This document shows, one piece after another, positions 52,190-62,276 of a stretch of 64,000 bases of DNA (within the stretch, counting starts at the first letter, position 1; every line of letters starts with the position of its first letter). Source of the stretch: Candidatus Fraserbacteria bacterium (GTDB lineage Bacteria > Bipolaricaulota > Bipolaricaulia > RBG-16-55-9 > JANLFV01). The notes below the pieces were generated by a model. It saw nothing but the letters and a program-made list of their open reading frames with translations. It was not told the DNA's origin and did no database searches. The position numbers and the translations under genes are program-made. Location of the stretch: assembly GCA_037446135.1 (NCBI GenBank), contig JBBIJD010000001.1:27156-91155 (forward strand). The letters run 5' to 3'.

Positions 52190-52438
52190 GGGGCAAAGGC
52201 AGTCCAGTCAGTGAGCCTGCCCGAGCCTGCTGAGCTGGAACCAAAAGCTTACCCCAGGGTCATGCCAGGGGCAAGTGCCTAGCCTCACTGATCTGTCGGG
52301 GCGACCCTGCCCCGGGTTCATCATGCCAAGGGCGAGAAGGAGGCCCGCTTGACAAAAGGCTTCGCACGCTCTACGAGTAGGGCTGAGATGGCCTTACCTA
52401 GGTAGTGTGAGCGAGATCGGAGGTGAAGGGAGCGGCCT

Positions 52439-52963
52439 ATGGCTATCTATCAGTTTGAGGATCGAGTCCCCCACATCGGCGCAGGGACATATATCCATCC
52501 CTCGGCGGAGGTGATCGGGGCAGTCAAGATCGGAGAGCGGTGCTGGATCGGCCCAGGGGCGCGCTTGCGGGGAGACTACGGTGAGATCCAGATCGGAGAT
52601 GAGACGGCGATCGAGGACAATTGCGTCTTGCATGCCCGTCCCGGGGAGGCCTGTCGGGTCGGGAATCATGTCACGATCGGCCACGGCGCGATCATCCATA
52701 CCGCGACGATCAAAGATTATGCGATCATCGGGATGGGCGCGGTCGTGAGCGATTGGGCCAAGGTGGGTGAGTGGGCCGTGGTCGGCGAGGGGGCGGTGGT
52801 GAAGAACTCCCAAGAGATCCCGCCGGAGCAGATCGCCGTCGGGGTCCCGGCCAAACTCTTAGAGCGGCGAATCACTCCGGAATACAAGGAGCAATGGACC
52901 CACTTCAAGGCCACCTATGTCGAGCTGGCCCGCCGATATGCTGAGGGGCTTGAGGCGCTTTAG
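52439..52963 (+). CDS. Gamma-class carbonic anhydrase family protein (left-handed beta-helix, hexapeptide repeats; PaaY/CaiE-like)
   Basis: 174 aa with hexapeptide repeats and metal-binding His residues (HARPGEACRVGNHVTIGHGAIIH). Confidence 0.9.
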   Translation: MAIYQFEDRVPHIGAGTYIHPSAEVIGAVKIGERCWIGPGARLRGDYGEIQIGDETAIEDNCVLHARPGEACRVGNHVTIGHGAIIHTATIKDYAIIGMGAVVSDWAKVGEWAVVGEGAVVKNSQEIPPEQIAVGVPAKLLERRITPEYKEQWTHFKATYVELARRYAEGLEAL

Positions 52964-54138
52964 ATGGCTCTTACGGCCATTGAGGCAGCCGTCCCACCGC
53001 CCATGCAGATCGTGGTCAGGCCGTGCTCGAGCCCCCGCCGGCGGAGCTCATAGATCAAAGTTGTTAAAATCCTTGTCCCCGATGAGCCGATCGCATGGCC
53101 TAGCGCGAGCGCCCCGCCATTGACATTGACCCGCTCCCAATCCCAGCCCAGCTCCTTCCCATCGGCCAGGGTCTGGGCGGCGAAGGCCTCATTGACCTCG
53201 ATGAGGTCGAAGAAGTCGAGCTTGACCCCTAACTTCTTCAACAACATCCTCGTGGCGAAGACCGGGCCATAGAAGAGCTCGATGGGCTCCACCCCGGCCA
53301 CGGCGTAGCCGATGATCTCCGCCAGCGGCCGCAAGCCCCGTCGCTTGGCCTCGTCTTTCGACATCACCAGGACCGCTGAGGCCCCGTCGCAGAGCCCGGG
53401 CGAGTTCCCCGCCGTGACCGTCCCGCCCTCCTGGAAGACCGGCTTGAGCTTGGCCAGCTTCTCTAGAGCCGTATCGGGCCGGATCGTCTCGTCCCGCTCA
53501 AGGAGGCCGTCCTTGAAGGGGATCGGGATGATCTCCTCCTTGAACTTCCCTTCCTCGGTGGCCCGCGCGGCCTTCATGTGCGATTCGTAGGCGAACCGGT
53601 CCTGCTCCTCCCGAGTGATCCCCGACTTCTTGGCGGTATATTCCGCCGCTACGCCCATGTGCTTGTCCTCGAAGTTGCACCACAGGCCGTCATAGACCAG
53701 CAAATCCTTCACCTGCTGGTCCCAGAGGCGGTAGCCGGCTCGCGCGCCGGGGAGGGCGTAAGGGGCGTTGGTCATCGACTCCATCCCGCCGGCGATGATC
53801 GCCTTCGCATCCCCGGCCTTGATCGCCTGGGTCGCGAGGATCACGGCCTTGGTGGCCGAGCCGCAGACCTTATTGACCGTGAAGGCCGGGACCTCCGGTG
53901 AGAGCCCCCCGCGAATTGAAGCCTGTCTGGCCGGGGCCTGGCCTGCACCGGCCTGGACCACCTGGCCGAGGATCACCTCATCCACGCCCTTGGGGTCTAG
54001 CCCATTCCGCTCGCGCAGTGCCGCGATCACCTTCGCGCCCAAATCGGTGGCCTTATACTGAGCCAGTGAGCCCTGGAATCGCCCCGTCGGGGTCCGCACC
54101 GCATCGACGATCACTACCTCAGTCATGGGGCAACTCAT
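52960..54138 (-). CDS. Acetyl-CoA C-acetyltransferase (thiolase II)
   Basis: 392 aa. Active-site Cys (VNKVCGSATKAV), NVNGGALALGHAIGSSG and GCMGGG thiolase signatures. Confidence 0.95.
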   Translation of the reverse strand: MSCPMTEVVIVDAVRTPTGRFQGSLAQYKATDLGAKVIAALRERNGLDPKGVDEVILGQVVQAGAGQAPARQASIRGGLSPEVPAFTVNKVCGSATKAVILATQAIKAGDAKAIIAGGMESMTNAPYALPGARAGYRLWDQQVKDLLVYDGLWCNFEDKHMGVAAEYTAKKSGITREEQDRFAYESHMKAARATEEGKFKEEIIPIPFKDGLLERDETIRPDTALEKLAKLKPVFQEGGTVTAGNSPGLCDGASAVLVMSKDEAKRRGLRPLAEIIGYAVAGVEPIELFYGPVFATRMLLKKLGVKLDFFDLIEVNEAFAAQTLADGKELGWDWERVNVNGGALALGHAIGSSGTRILTTLIYELRRRGLEHGLTTICMGGGTAASMAVRAI

Positions 54139-54399
54139 CCTCCCTCTCTGTTAGCTTTCCACTAGCAATAGCCTCAAAACCGCGTCAGCCAAGAAGATCG
54201 GCCCGCTCAACTGTCGCTCTGATAGCCGGCTCTCGACTACCCTAAGCGGCGCGGGCTTGCCATGGCGAGATGATAGCATAGCAGTAGCTAAAAAGGCAAG
54301 AGCTGGACTCATGGCTCTCTCGGGCTCTCGTGGCAGTTAATCTGGGCCATCGGGAACTGCCGACCAATGAGCGTGGACGATTCTAAGCATCACACAAGT

Positions 54400-54960
54400 T
54401 TCCGGCTTCTTGGGGCTTTTCCACCGCCGCCACCACAGCTTCCTCAGGTGGGACCATCCGGGTTATCTCGCCTGTGAAGCTTATTAGTCTGGGGTAACCG
54501 TCCTATCTAATGGCTTGCACATAGCCACACGCGGAGCAAGCGAAGCCGCTGAAGGCTGGCTAGAGCCACAAGACCTCTCTTCTCCTTGACCTCGTCCGCT
54601 ACGGTTGCAAACGGCAAGGCCGTTACATATTCCGGCTGCATAATCATCGCCGTCCACTTCCATAGTCCCTTGTTGTTCATACTGAACTGCCGCGGATCAT
54701 CTGTCCACCACAGCCCTTCCACCAAAGGCATTACCGCGTAATCTACGCCAACGATCTTCTTGACCCTGAATTTGAGGGCGTAGGACAGGGGAAAGAGCGC
54801 TTCCATTGCCTGTTGATACTCCAGAGAAACATTTGGGTCGAAGGTGCCATCAACCATCAGAAAGTTCATCGGTGGAACATCTACCACGGAGACTCCCCTG
54901 GCCGATGGATTGTAGAGATGCTTGAGATCAACTCTGGCCGTTTATGCTCCTCCTTAGCGA
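54400..54960 (-). pseudogene. GyrI-like small-molecule-binding domain gene, degraded: no start codon and an in-frame TAG within the conserved GLCxxxxHIGPY region
   Basis: Track ORF 54507..54887 (VDVPPMNFLMVDGTFDPNVSLEYQQAMEALFPLSYALKF...EGLWWTDD...WKWTAMIMQPEYVT) matches only the middle of ~205-aa GyrI-like proteins. The upstream in-frame sequence (...TARVDLKHLYNPSARGVS) continues the homology but hits a TAA with no start. Downstream, ...RVWLCASH*IGRLPQ shows a nonsense codon. The segment is lower in GC than its surroundings. Confidence 0.55.
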
Positions 54961-55023
54961 GTTTTGCCGCCCAACGGCTGTCAGCTCCAGCCGCAGGTTG
55001 GGCGGCCCAACGGAATGACACCT

Positions 55024-55704
55024 CTACTCACCTAATCTTCTCTGCACCGCCTCGCTCTTAAGCTCCTTTATCACATCTGCGGCTATCCAGCGGGCTGCCT
55101 TCGAATCCATTCGCCCGATCTCCTCCGCCACCGCGAGCACCGCTCTGTTCAGATCACTGCCCCTTTTCCCAATGTTCCGCAACGCCCAACTCACCGCTTT
55201 CTTCACATAGTTCCGCTCGTCTGTTGCCCCTCGCTTTATCACCGGGAATAGCCTAATGAACTCCGCGTCCGCCGCGCCTTTGTCGTGCCATGCCAGACAG
55301 GCAATCAGCGCATACGCCGCCCGCCTCACGAACTCCTCCTCCCGTTCAGACCAGTCAACAACCTTTTTCCACGCCAACGGGCTCTTCTTGAACAGGTTCA
55401 TACACACCTGGTCACAGACATCCCATGAGTTTATCCCTGCAACCCACTCCTCCATTTGCTCCTCGGTCAATTCCTCTGGCCGATCCACCATTGCGGCCAC
55501 GATCCTCGCCTCGGGTATCCCCGTTGCCCATAACCCCAGTGCAAGTTTGTGGTCTTTCCCCGCTTCTCTTGCTATCTTCCGCATATCCGGCACAGATACT
55601 CCCAACCGCTGCTCGGCTGTCATCCCATACCTGGCCATGCCTTCCACATGATCGGGTCTGGCTTTGGCCTTTAGCTTCTTGATGACTTCCTCCACAGATG
55701 CCAT
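55024..55704 (-). CDS. DNA alkylation repair protein (AlkD-like HEAT-repeat DNA glycosylase family)
   Basis: 226 aa with the PF08713-type pattern (WDVCDQVCMNLFKKSPLAWKKVVDWSEREEEFVRRAAYALIA). Third-position A/T-rich codon usage unlike the flanking genes. Confidence 0.8.
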   Translation of the reverse strand: MASVEEVIKKLKAKARPDHVEGMARYGMTAEQRLGVSVPDMRKIAREAGKDHKLALGLWATGIPEARIVAAMVDRPEELTEEQMEEWVAGINSWDVCDQVCMNLFKKSPLAWKKVVDWSEREEEFVRRAAYALIACLAWHDKGAADAEFIRLFPVIKRGATDERNYVKKAVSWALRNIGKRGSDLNRAVLAVAEEIGRMDSKAARWIAADVIKELKSEAVQRRLGE

Positions 55705-56321
55705 GTCTCGCCTCCAAGCACTCTATAGGCCGCCCAACAGTGGTTATATCGATCCGCGTAACACACTAGACATAACTTCGATTACCGTATAAGACTCCTG
55801 CGAGTGAAGCATCGCTTTGGGCCTAGCCGGCCGGTGAGCGATCAGGCGGTTGCGTCGAGGCACTGTCCTTCTCACAACGCCTTAGCAGGGCCGGTCCTAG
55901 TGCTCCACCCCCTTGCGGGGTCCACCTCTACGGATCGGCATAACACCCCTCATGACCGCCTCCGAGCGCATCGACGGGGCTTACGAACCCCCGGCCGGGC
56001 CACAGTCAAGGGCACTAAGTGAAAACCATGGTGCTCTTCACATCCTTGATGGCCATACTGAGAACTGAGAATAGCATGCCCCCCTCATGGAGGTCAAGGT
56101 GGATCGCTCAAGACCAGAAACGAAGGCCACTGGTGCTCTGTCAGCCATGCCTTGATAGGGAGCTTCCTCCCCCTGGAGGGAGGCGGGCCTATGAGGAGGT
56201 GAGAGGGATTAGAATCATCAGCACCCCCATCCCAACTTTCTCACCCCAAGAGGAACGGCCGGCCAATCTATCAAAGAAACTGTGATAGAGCACTAGTGAA
56301 GGAACTGTAATTGCGGGGAGC

Positions 56322-57620
56322 CTAAGGGGTGAGCCGGTAGAGCATCCTGGGGAAGGGGATGGCCTCACGGATGTGCTTCAGCCCACAGATCCAGGAGACG
56401 GCCCGCTCGATCCCGAGCCCGAAGCCGGAGTGGGGGACCGATCCATATCTTCGGAGGTCGAGATACCACTCATAGGGTTCGCGCGGGAGGCCGAACTTCT
56501 TCAACCGCCTCTCCAAGAGCTTCAGATCGGCGATCCGCTGGCTCCCGCCGATCAGCTCCCCATAGCCCTCGGGGACGATCAAGTCCGCGGCCAGGACAAG
56601 CTCAGGGTTCTCGGGCATCGGCTCCATGTAGAAGGCCTTCATCTCCGCCGGGAGGGCCTCGACGAAGACCGGCTTACCAAAATGCCTGCCCAGGGCCTCC
56701 TCTTCCGGGGCCCCGAAGTCCTTCCCCCAGGGGAGTTCTAACCCCTCGCTCTTCAGGATCTCCAGGGACTCGGCATAGGTGATCCGGGCGAACGGCCCCT
56801 CGACCTCAGACCGGAGGAGCTCGCGATCCCTTCCGAGCTGCTCCAGCTCCTTCCGCCGGCGGTCGAGCGCCCTCAGGACGATGTAGCGGACCAGCTCCTC
56901 CTGGAGCCACAGGTTATCGTTGTGGTCGAAGTAGGCCATCTCGGCCTCGGCCATCCAGAACTCAGTCAGGTGTTTTCTGGTCTTAGACCGCTCAGCCCGG
57001 AAGGTCGGCCCGATCCAGTAGACCCTTCCCAAGGCCATCGCTGTCGCCTCCAGATAGAGCTGGCCGCTCTGGGTGAGATAGGCCTTATCGTCGAAGTAGT
57101 TGACCTCGAAGAGGGTGGTCGTCCCCTCGACGGCCGCAGGGGTGAGGATCGGGGCCTCAGTGGCGATGAACCCGTGCTCATTGAAGAAGTCCCGAATCGC
57201 CTGGAGGACCTCGTGTCGGACGCGGAGGATCGGGACTTGAAGGGCCGAGCGGAGCCAGAGGTGGCGATGGTCCATTAAGAAGCCTACCCCATGCTCCTTC
57301 TTCCCGATGGGGTATTCTTCGGCCAGATGGACCAGCTCCAGCCCGGTGAGGGCCAGCTCATAGCCTCCGGGGGCTCGGGGCTCGGCGCGGACCACGCCGC
57401 GGACCTTGAGTGAGGACTCCTGGGTCAATCGCTCCGCGAGCTCGAAGGCCGCGTCGGGGACCTCGCCCTTGACCAGGACGCACTGGATGATCCCTGTCCC
57501 GTCCCGGACGAGGAGGAACTGGATCTTCCCGCTCGAGCGGCGATTATAGAGCCAGCCGCAGATCAGGACCTCCTGGCCGACCTTATCGGCGATCTCTTCA
57601 ATGTAAGTCTGGCCTTCCAT
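56322..57620 (-). CDS. asnS: Asparagine--tRNA ligase (short archaeal/Thermus-type AsnRS)
   Basis: 432 aa. Class II motifs: [24 protein letters not shown] (motif 2) and [27 protein letters not shown] (motif 3). N-terminal OB fold. Confidence 0.85.
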   Translation of the reverse strand: MEGQTYIEEIADKVGQEVLICGWLYNRRSSGKIQFLLVRDGTGIIQCVLVKGEVPDAAFELAERLTQESSLKVRGVVRAEPRAPGGYELALTGLELVHLAEEYPIGKKEHGVGFLMDHRHLWLRSALQVPILRVRHEVLQAIRDFFNEHGFIATEAPILTPAAVEGTTTLFEVNYFDDKAYLTQSGQLYLEATAMALGRVYWIGPTFRAERSKTRKHLTEFWMAEAEMAYFDHNDNLWLQEELVRYIVLRALDRRRKELEQLGRDRELLRSEVEGPFARITYAESLEILKSEGLELPWGKDFGAPEEEALGRHFGKPVFVEALPAEMKAFYMEPMPENPELVLAADLIVPEGYGELIGGSQRIADLKLLERRLKKFGLPREPYEWYLDLRRYGSVPHSGFGLGIERAVSWICGLKHIREAIPFPRMLYRLTP

Positions 57621-57632
57621 CGGGTTAGGAGT

Positions 57633-58436
57633 CTATTCCCCCGCGAGGGTAGAGTCAAGCGCAGCTCGCCCGGCCAGGACGGCGACCATCTCGGGATGGA
57701 GTCGTCCGTTCGAGGCGAGGACCTCGTTCCCATAGAGTGAGAAGCCCCGCCCGCGGAAGTCCGTGACTTTCCCACCGGCCTCGCGGACGATCAGCGCCCC
57801 CGCGGCGATGTCCCAGGGCTTGAGGTCCAGCTCCCAGAAGCCGTCGAACCGCCCGCAGGCGACATAGCACAAGTTAAGGGCTGCGGAGCCATCGCGGCGG
57901 ATCGCCTGGGCCCTGTAGATGAACCGCTCGAAGAGCCTCAGGTTCAAGCCGATCCTCCCCGGGTCATAAGGGAAGCCGGTGGCGAGCAGGGCTCGGGAAA
58001 GGCTATCGATCTCGGAGACCCGGATCGGGCTCCCATTGAGGCTCGCCCCTCTTCCCCTCTCAGCGAAGAAGAGCTCTTCGAGGACCGGATTATAGACCAC
58101 ACCGAGGAGCAGCTCTTCCCCTCGCGCCAGCGCGATGGAGACGGCGAAGACCGGATAGCCATGGGCGAAGTTCGTGGTCCCATCCAAGGGATCGATGAGC
58201 CAGCGATACTCCGAATCGGCTCGGTAGGAGGAGCCCTCCTCCCCGAGGAGGCCATGCTGGGGGAACTCTGAGCGGATGGCCTTAATAATTAACTCCTCCG
58301 CGGCCCGGTCGTATTCAGTCACAAGGTCGAGCCGGCTGGTCTTTAGCGAGAATCGGTGATTCGAGCCGAACCCCTCTCGCAGGAGCTGACCCGCCCGCCG
58401 CGCGACCTCGAGCGCTACCTCAGCCTCAGTTCCCAT
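57633..58436 (-). CDS. Inositol monophosphatase family protein (IMPase/FBPase-like)
   Basis: 267 aa. WLIDPLDGTTNFAHGYPVFAVSIAL (DPxDGT motif) and WDIAAG. Confidence 0.9.
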   Translation of the reverse strand: MGTEAEVALEVARRAGQLLREGFGSNHRFSLKTSRLDLVTEYDRAAEELIIKAIRSEFPQHGLLGEEGSSYRADSEYRWLIDPLDGTTNFAHGYPVFAVSIALARGEELLLGVVYNPVLEELFFAERGRGASLNGSPIRVSEIDSLSRALLATGFPYDPGRIGLNLRLFERFIYRAQAIRRDGSAALNLCYVACGRFDGFWELDLKPWDIAAGALIVREAGGKVTDFRGRGFSLYGNEVLASNGRLHPEMVAVLAGRAALDSTLAGE

Positions 58437-59188
58437 TGCCGTATCTCCTTTAGAAGCTCATGGTCGGTGAGATCGATCCGGAGCGGGGTCAGTGTGATCC
58501 AGCCCTCCTTGCTCGCCACCAGGTCCGAATCCTCACGGTGGTCCTCATCGACTATGGCCCCGGTGAGCCAATAATAAGGCTCGCCGAAGGGGTCCTCCCC
58601 GCGGAGGAAGCGGTCATCATACCGCTGGAGGCCTTGAGCGGCGAGCTTGATCCCCTTGATCCTCTCCCACGGGAGGTCGGGGATATTCACATTCAGGCAG
58701 ACCCGGGCCAGGGCAGGCCCATGCTCGAGCAGGCCCTCGAGGAGCTTGCTCGCGATCCTCGCCGCTTCGGGAAATTGAGCCTGGGCTTGGGCCTGGGCCC
58801 GGGTCGCCAAGGAGAAAGCAATCGCGGGGAACCCATCGATTGCCCCCTCGAGCGCACCTGAGACGGTCCCGGAGTAGAAGAGGTCGATCCCCAGGTTCGG
58901 GCCATTATTGATCCCTGAGACCACCCAATCGACTTCTCGCTCTACTAGAAAGAGGCCGAGCTTGACCGAGTCCGCGGGCGTCCCGCTCGTGGCGTAGCCG
59001 AAGGCTCGACCATCCTTGTAGACCCGGCGGAGCCGGAGGGGAAAGCGCTTGGTGAAGGCATGGCCGGAGCCGCTCATCTCCTTCTCTGGGGCGACGACCA
59101 AGACCTCGCCCAGCTTCGCTAGCTCCTCCGCTAGGGCCGCAAGCCCGGGGGCATCGATCCCATCATCATTCGTCAGGAGGAATCTCAT
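58415..59188 (-). CDS. surE: 5'/3'-nucleotidase SurE
   Basis: 257 aa. MRFLLTNDDGIDAPGLAALAE N-terminal DDG motif. Confidence 0.9.
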   Translation of the reverse strand: MRFLLTNDDGIDAPGLAALAEELAKLGEVLVVAPEKEMSGSGHAFTKRFPLRLRRVYKDGRAFGYATSGTPADSVKLGLFLVEREVDWVVSGINNGPNLGIDLFYSGTVSGALEGAIDGFPAIAFSLATRAQAQAQAQFPEAARIASKLLEGLLEHGPALARVCLNVNIPDLPWERIKGIKLAAQGLQRYDDRFLRGEDPFGEPYYWLTGAIVDEDHREDSDLVASKEGWITLTPLRIDLTDHELLKEIRQWELRLR

Positions 59189-59832
59189 CTGGTGATGGGC
59201 CTCCCGTGGGCTGCGGCTAAGGCCTCGGCCTTCAACATCGCCCCCGCCGCGACCAGCTCATTGGCACGCTCACAGCAGCCTCGCACGAACTCTTGATCTC
59301 GCATCGCCTGGAGATTGATCTCCACATTGAGCAAGGCCACCTCCAAGCCCGCCGCAGCCAGCGTCGCCGCAGCCCCGGCATCGCTCGAGGCGCTCTTATT
59401 CCCCTTCTCCGCCACGAGCCGGCTCAGCTCTAGGGCCCGCAGGCAGTGCTCGGCCGTCTCTAAGGGGACCGCGCAGGCCCGCTTTAAGGCCGCTTCGATC
59501 TCGTCCGGGCGGGTTGGCTCCCCCTTGGGGAGCCGATAGGCGGCCATCACCCCATCGAAGGCCGCGGCATCTTCCTCGATGAGCTGGGCCAAGCGGTCGC
59601 GCAGCTCTCTTGCCGCGGAAAGGGCCCTTTTCATCTCCTCCTCGGACTCCTCATACCCTCGCTTGCCTAAAGTGAGGCCGGCTACCATGGAGACGAGTGC
59701 AGCGGCGAGCGCACCCGCCAAGGCCGCGGCGGCCCCTCCACCGGGGGTTGGCGAGCCGGAGGAGAGCCTCTCTAGGAACTGTGCGAGCGGCTCCTGGAGC
59801 AAGCCCATCTCTCTTATCTCTCCCGCTCCCAA
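59185..59832 (-). CDS. Cyclodeaminase/cyclohydrolase family protein (FTCD C-terminal-like, formimino-THF cyclodeaminase)
   Basis: 215 aa, all-helical. GGGAAAALAGALAAALVSMVAGLT pattern typical of FTCD_C. Confidence 0.7.
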   Translation of the reverse strand: MGAGEIREMGLLQEPLAQFLERLSSGSPTPGGGAAAALAGALAAALVSMVAGLTLGKRGYEESEEEMKRALSAARELRDRLAQLIEEDAAAFDGVMAAYRLPKGEPTRPDEIEAALKRACAVPLETAEHCLRALELSRLVAEKGNKSASSDAGAAATLAAAGLEVALLNVEINLQAMRDQEFVRGCCERANELVAAGAMLKAEALAAAHGRPITR

Positions 59833-60293
59833 TAGACCCGGACGAAGTTCTCGCCCGCCTTCTGCTTGATCACGAGATTCCCGGCATGGGCGCTATTGAC
59901 GGCCCTTCCGATCCTTCGTGCGAGGTGCTGGTTGGTCGTGGCGATCTCGAGCCCCTCATCTCGCCGCTCGACCCACATGATCCGCTGGAGCGGGCGCTTA
60001 GCCCGGGCCTGCTCCTCCTGGTTCCGGACGATGTTCATGATCTCCTCCTCTTTCTCGAGGAGGTAGCTCCCGGAGAGGTAGACGAGCCCGCCGGGGGCGC
60101 GATCGACCTCCCGGCGGCAGGCCGGACAGAGCTCCCGATTCGCGCCTCTAGGCACCTCGCCTGTCGCAAGATGCCAGGCCCCGCCGCTATAGACGAGGCC
60201 GCAGCGGGTGCAGATCGTCGGCTCGGGGAACTTCCGCTCCTCACGATAGGGGCTCTTCCGCTCCGCCCCGATATCCGACCTTCGCTCCTTCAT
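59814..60293 (-). CDS. Zinc-ribbon hypothetical protein (possible NMD3-like N-terminal fold)
   Basis: 159 aa. CTRCG...CPACRRE four-Cys motif near the N-terminus. Confidence 0.4.
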   Translation of the reverse strand: MKERRSDIGAERKSPYREERKFPEPTICTRCGLVYSGGAWHLATGEVPRGANRELCPACRREVDRAPGGLVYLSGSYLLEKEEEIMNIVRNQEEQARAKRPLQRIMWVERRDEGLEIATTNQHLARRIGRAVNSAHAGNLVIKQKAGENFVRVYWERER

Positions 60294-60367
60294 AACCGAT
60301 CACCTCGCATAGTTCCAATATAGCTTCCCAGTGCCATCCGTGCAACCCTGTCGGGCCTTTTATATCC

Positions 60368-60958
60368 TTGAAAGGCATGAGGGCTCATCTCGCGGGTGGA
60401 TTAGCTTGGCTCCTCCAGCGCGGGCCGAGTGGGCGGCGGAGCCTGGCCCGCTCTACCGGCTTAGGCGAGATCGTGGTCCGCCAAGAGCTGGAGCGGCTCG
60501 GGCGGCTCGGGCTCGTGGAGTTCGCTCGGCAGGGGACAAGGCTCACCCCTCGCGGGTGGCAGGAGTTCTCACCCATCTTGGCGCGAGTGAGGGAGGTGAG
60601 AGAGCTCCAACTCCACGAGTTGGCCCTCGACCGGTTCACTTTAGGGGCACTAGTAGCCGGGGCGGCCCGGAGCCAGAGCGGCCCGAGTCAGAGGCGCGCC
60701 TCCTGGCGGCTCCGGGACCTAGCGATCCGCGAGGGCGCGAGCGGGGCGATCCTGATCGCCTACACCGCTTCCGCACTCCGGTTCAGCGATAGTGACGAGC
60801 CGGTCGAGGCTCGGAATCCCGAGGATGCCGCCCTCCTCCGTGAGAGCTTCCCCGGATTAGAGGAGGGGGACCTCCTCATCCTCGTCTCCGCCGCGGAGAA
60901 GGGGAAGGCCTACCTCGGCCTCTGGAGGATCATCCTCGAGCTGGCCGGATGGCCCTAG
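60368..60958 (+). CDS. Hypothetical protein with putative winged-helix region
   Basis: 196 aa. LARSTGLGEIVVRQELERLGRLGLVEF resembles a wHTH recognition helix plus wing. No firm family assignment. Confidence 0.35.
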   Translation: MKGMRAHLAGGLAWLLQRGPSGRRSLARSTGLGEIVVRQELERLGRLGLVEFARQGTRLTPRGWQEFSPILARVREVRELQLHELALDRFTLGALVAGAARSQSGPSQRRASWRLRDLAIREGASGAILIAYTASALRFSDSDEPVEARNPEDAALLRESFPGLEEGDLLILVSAAEKGKAYLGLWRIILELAGWP

Positions 60959-61018
60959 GCTAGGGGCCGATCATAGGCCATTGATCTCTCCGGCCGCTTC
61001 GGTTATCATACCTCTGGG

Positions 61019-62269
61019 ATGCTGCCCTTCCAGTTTGAGGAGGAGTCTCCCACGCCAGCGGCGGGAGTCCTGACTGTCTCGGAATTGAACCGCGCGGTCC
61101 GGGAGCTGCTCGATTCGGCCTTCTCCTACCTCTGGGTCGAGGGAGAGGTCTCCAACCTCAGGCGCCACTCCTCAGGCCATATCTATTTCACCCTAAAGGA
61201 CGAGGGGGCCGAAATCGATGCGGCCATCTTCGCCGCGGAGAACCGGCCGCTCGCCTCGCTCCCCGAGGCCGGCCAGAAAGTCCTGGCCTTCGGGAAGGTC
61301 ACGCTCTTCGAGCGGCGCGGGCGGTATCAATTCGTGATCTACGAGCTCCGGCCTGCTGGGATCGGGCGGCTCCAGCTCGAGTTCGACCGGCTCAAGGCCC
61401 GCTTAGAGGCCGAAGGGCTCTTCTCTCCGGAGCGGAAGCGGCCTCTTCCCCATTTCCCTCAGAGGATCGGGATCGTCACCTCCCCGGAAGGGGCGGCGAT
61501 CCGGGATATCTGCTCTATAATCTCCCAGCGCTATCCCCTCGTCGAGCTCTTCCTCTTCCCCACGAGGGTTCAGGGCGAAGGTGCAGCGGAGGAGATCGCT
61601 CTGGCGATCGAGGCGGCCAATCGGTATCGCCATAATGGGAAGGGGCTGGACCTCCTGATCGTCGGGCGGGGCGGGGGCTCACTCGAGGACCTCTGGGCCT
61701 TCAACGAAGAGGTCGTGGCAAGGGCCATCTTCAACTCAGCTATTCCGGTCATCTCCGCCGTCGGGCATGAGATCGATTTCACGATAGCCGATTTTGTGGC
61801 CGACCTCCGGGCTCCCACTCCCACCGCCGCGGCCCAATTGGCCGTCCCCGATCGGGCCGAGCTCCTGACCAGGATTAAGGAATGCTTGAGAGGGCTGCTT
61901 GCTCACCAGGAGGCCCATCTGGAGAGGAGGGAGGCCCGTCTTCGGGCCGCCTTGCGCAGTTATGCCTTCCGCTCGGTCGGGAGGCGGATCGAGGAGGGCC
62001 TCCAGGCCCTTGATGAGCTGATGGAGCGGCTCGAGCGGGCCATCGTCCGCCTCCTCCAAGGGAGGGAGGAGCGCCTCGAGGGCCTCTGCCGACGGCTCGA
62101 AGGGGCCGATCCAAGGGGGATCCTCGCCCGAGGCTATGCGATCGTCGCTCGCGCTGCGACAGGCGAGGTGGTCAAGGCCGCAGCAGAGGTAGCTCAGGGC
62201 GAGCGGCTCCGGGTCAAGCTCCATCGGGGCGAGCTCCTCTGCGAGGTCCAGCAAGTGCTAGGAGAGTAG
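61019..62269 (+). CDS. xseA: Exodeoxyribonuclease VII large subunit
   Basis: 416 aa. N-terminal OB fold (LWVEGEVSNLRRHSSGHIYFTLKD), catalytic core (IGIVTSPEGAAIRDI...GRGGGSLEDLWAFNEE) and C-terminal coiled coil. Confidence 0.9.
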   Translation: MLPFQFEEESPTPAAGVLTVSELNRAVRELLDSAFSYLWVEGEVSNLRRHSSGHIYFTLKDEGAEIDAAIFAAENRPLASLPEAGQKVLAFGKVTLFERRGRYQFVIYELRPAGIGRLQLEFDRLKARLEAEGLFSPERKRPLPHFPQRIGIVTSPEGAAIRDICSIISQRYPLVELFLFPTRVQGEGAAEEIALAIEAANRYRHNGKGLDLLIVGRGGGSLEDLWAFNEEVVARAIFNSAIPVISAVGHEIDFTIADFVADLRAPTPTAAAQLAVPDRAELLTRIKECLRGLLAHQEAHLERREARLRAALRSYAFRSVGRRIEEGLQALDELMERLERAIVRLLQGREERLEGLCRRLEGADPRGILARGYAIVARAATGEVVKAAAEVAQGERLRVKLHRGELLCEVQQVLGE

Positions 62270-62276
62270 GTAAGAG

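Noticed and set aside
27597-52212. Recurrent CAGTCAGT / TCAGTCAGTC motif in several intergenic or gene-end positions (about 22906, 27600, 48945, 50715, 52200)
   Set aside because: Short (8-10 nt), some copies fall inside coding sequence (for example the kinase C-terminus LTDQDG), and there is no consistent position relative to gene starts or ends. Most likely compositional coincidence, although a genome-wide count would be needed to be sure.
55750-56320. Candidate RNase P RNA, tmRNA or SRP RNA in the non-coding stretch beside asnS
   Set aside because: Checked by eye on both strands. The universal P4 strand GGAAAGUCCGG/ACAGAA-CCGGCUUA is absent. There is no tRNA-Ala-like acceptor with CCA or tag reading frame, and no AGGUCAGGUCCGGAAGGAAGCAGCC SRP domain IV. 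Kept only as an unassigned structured region.
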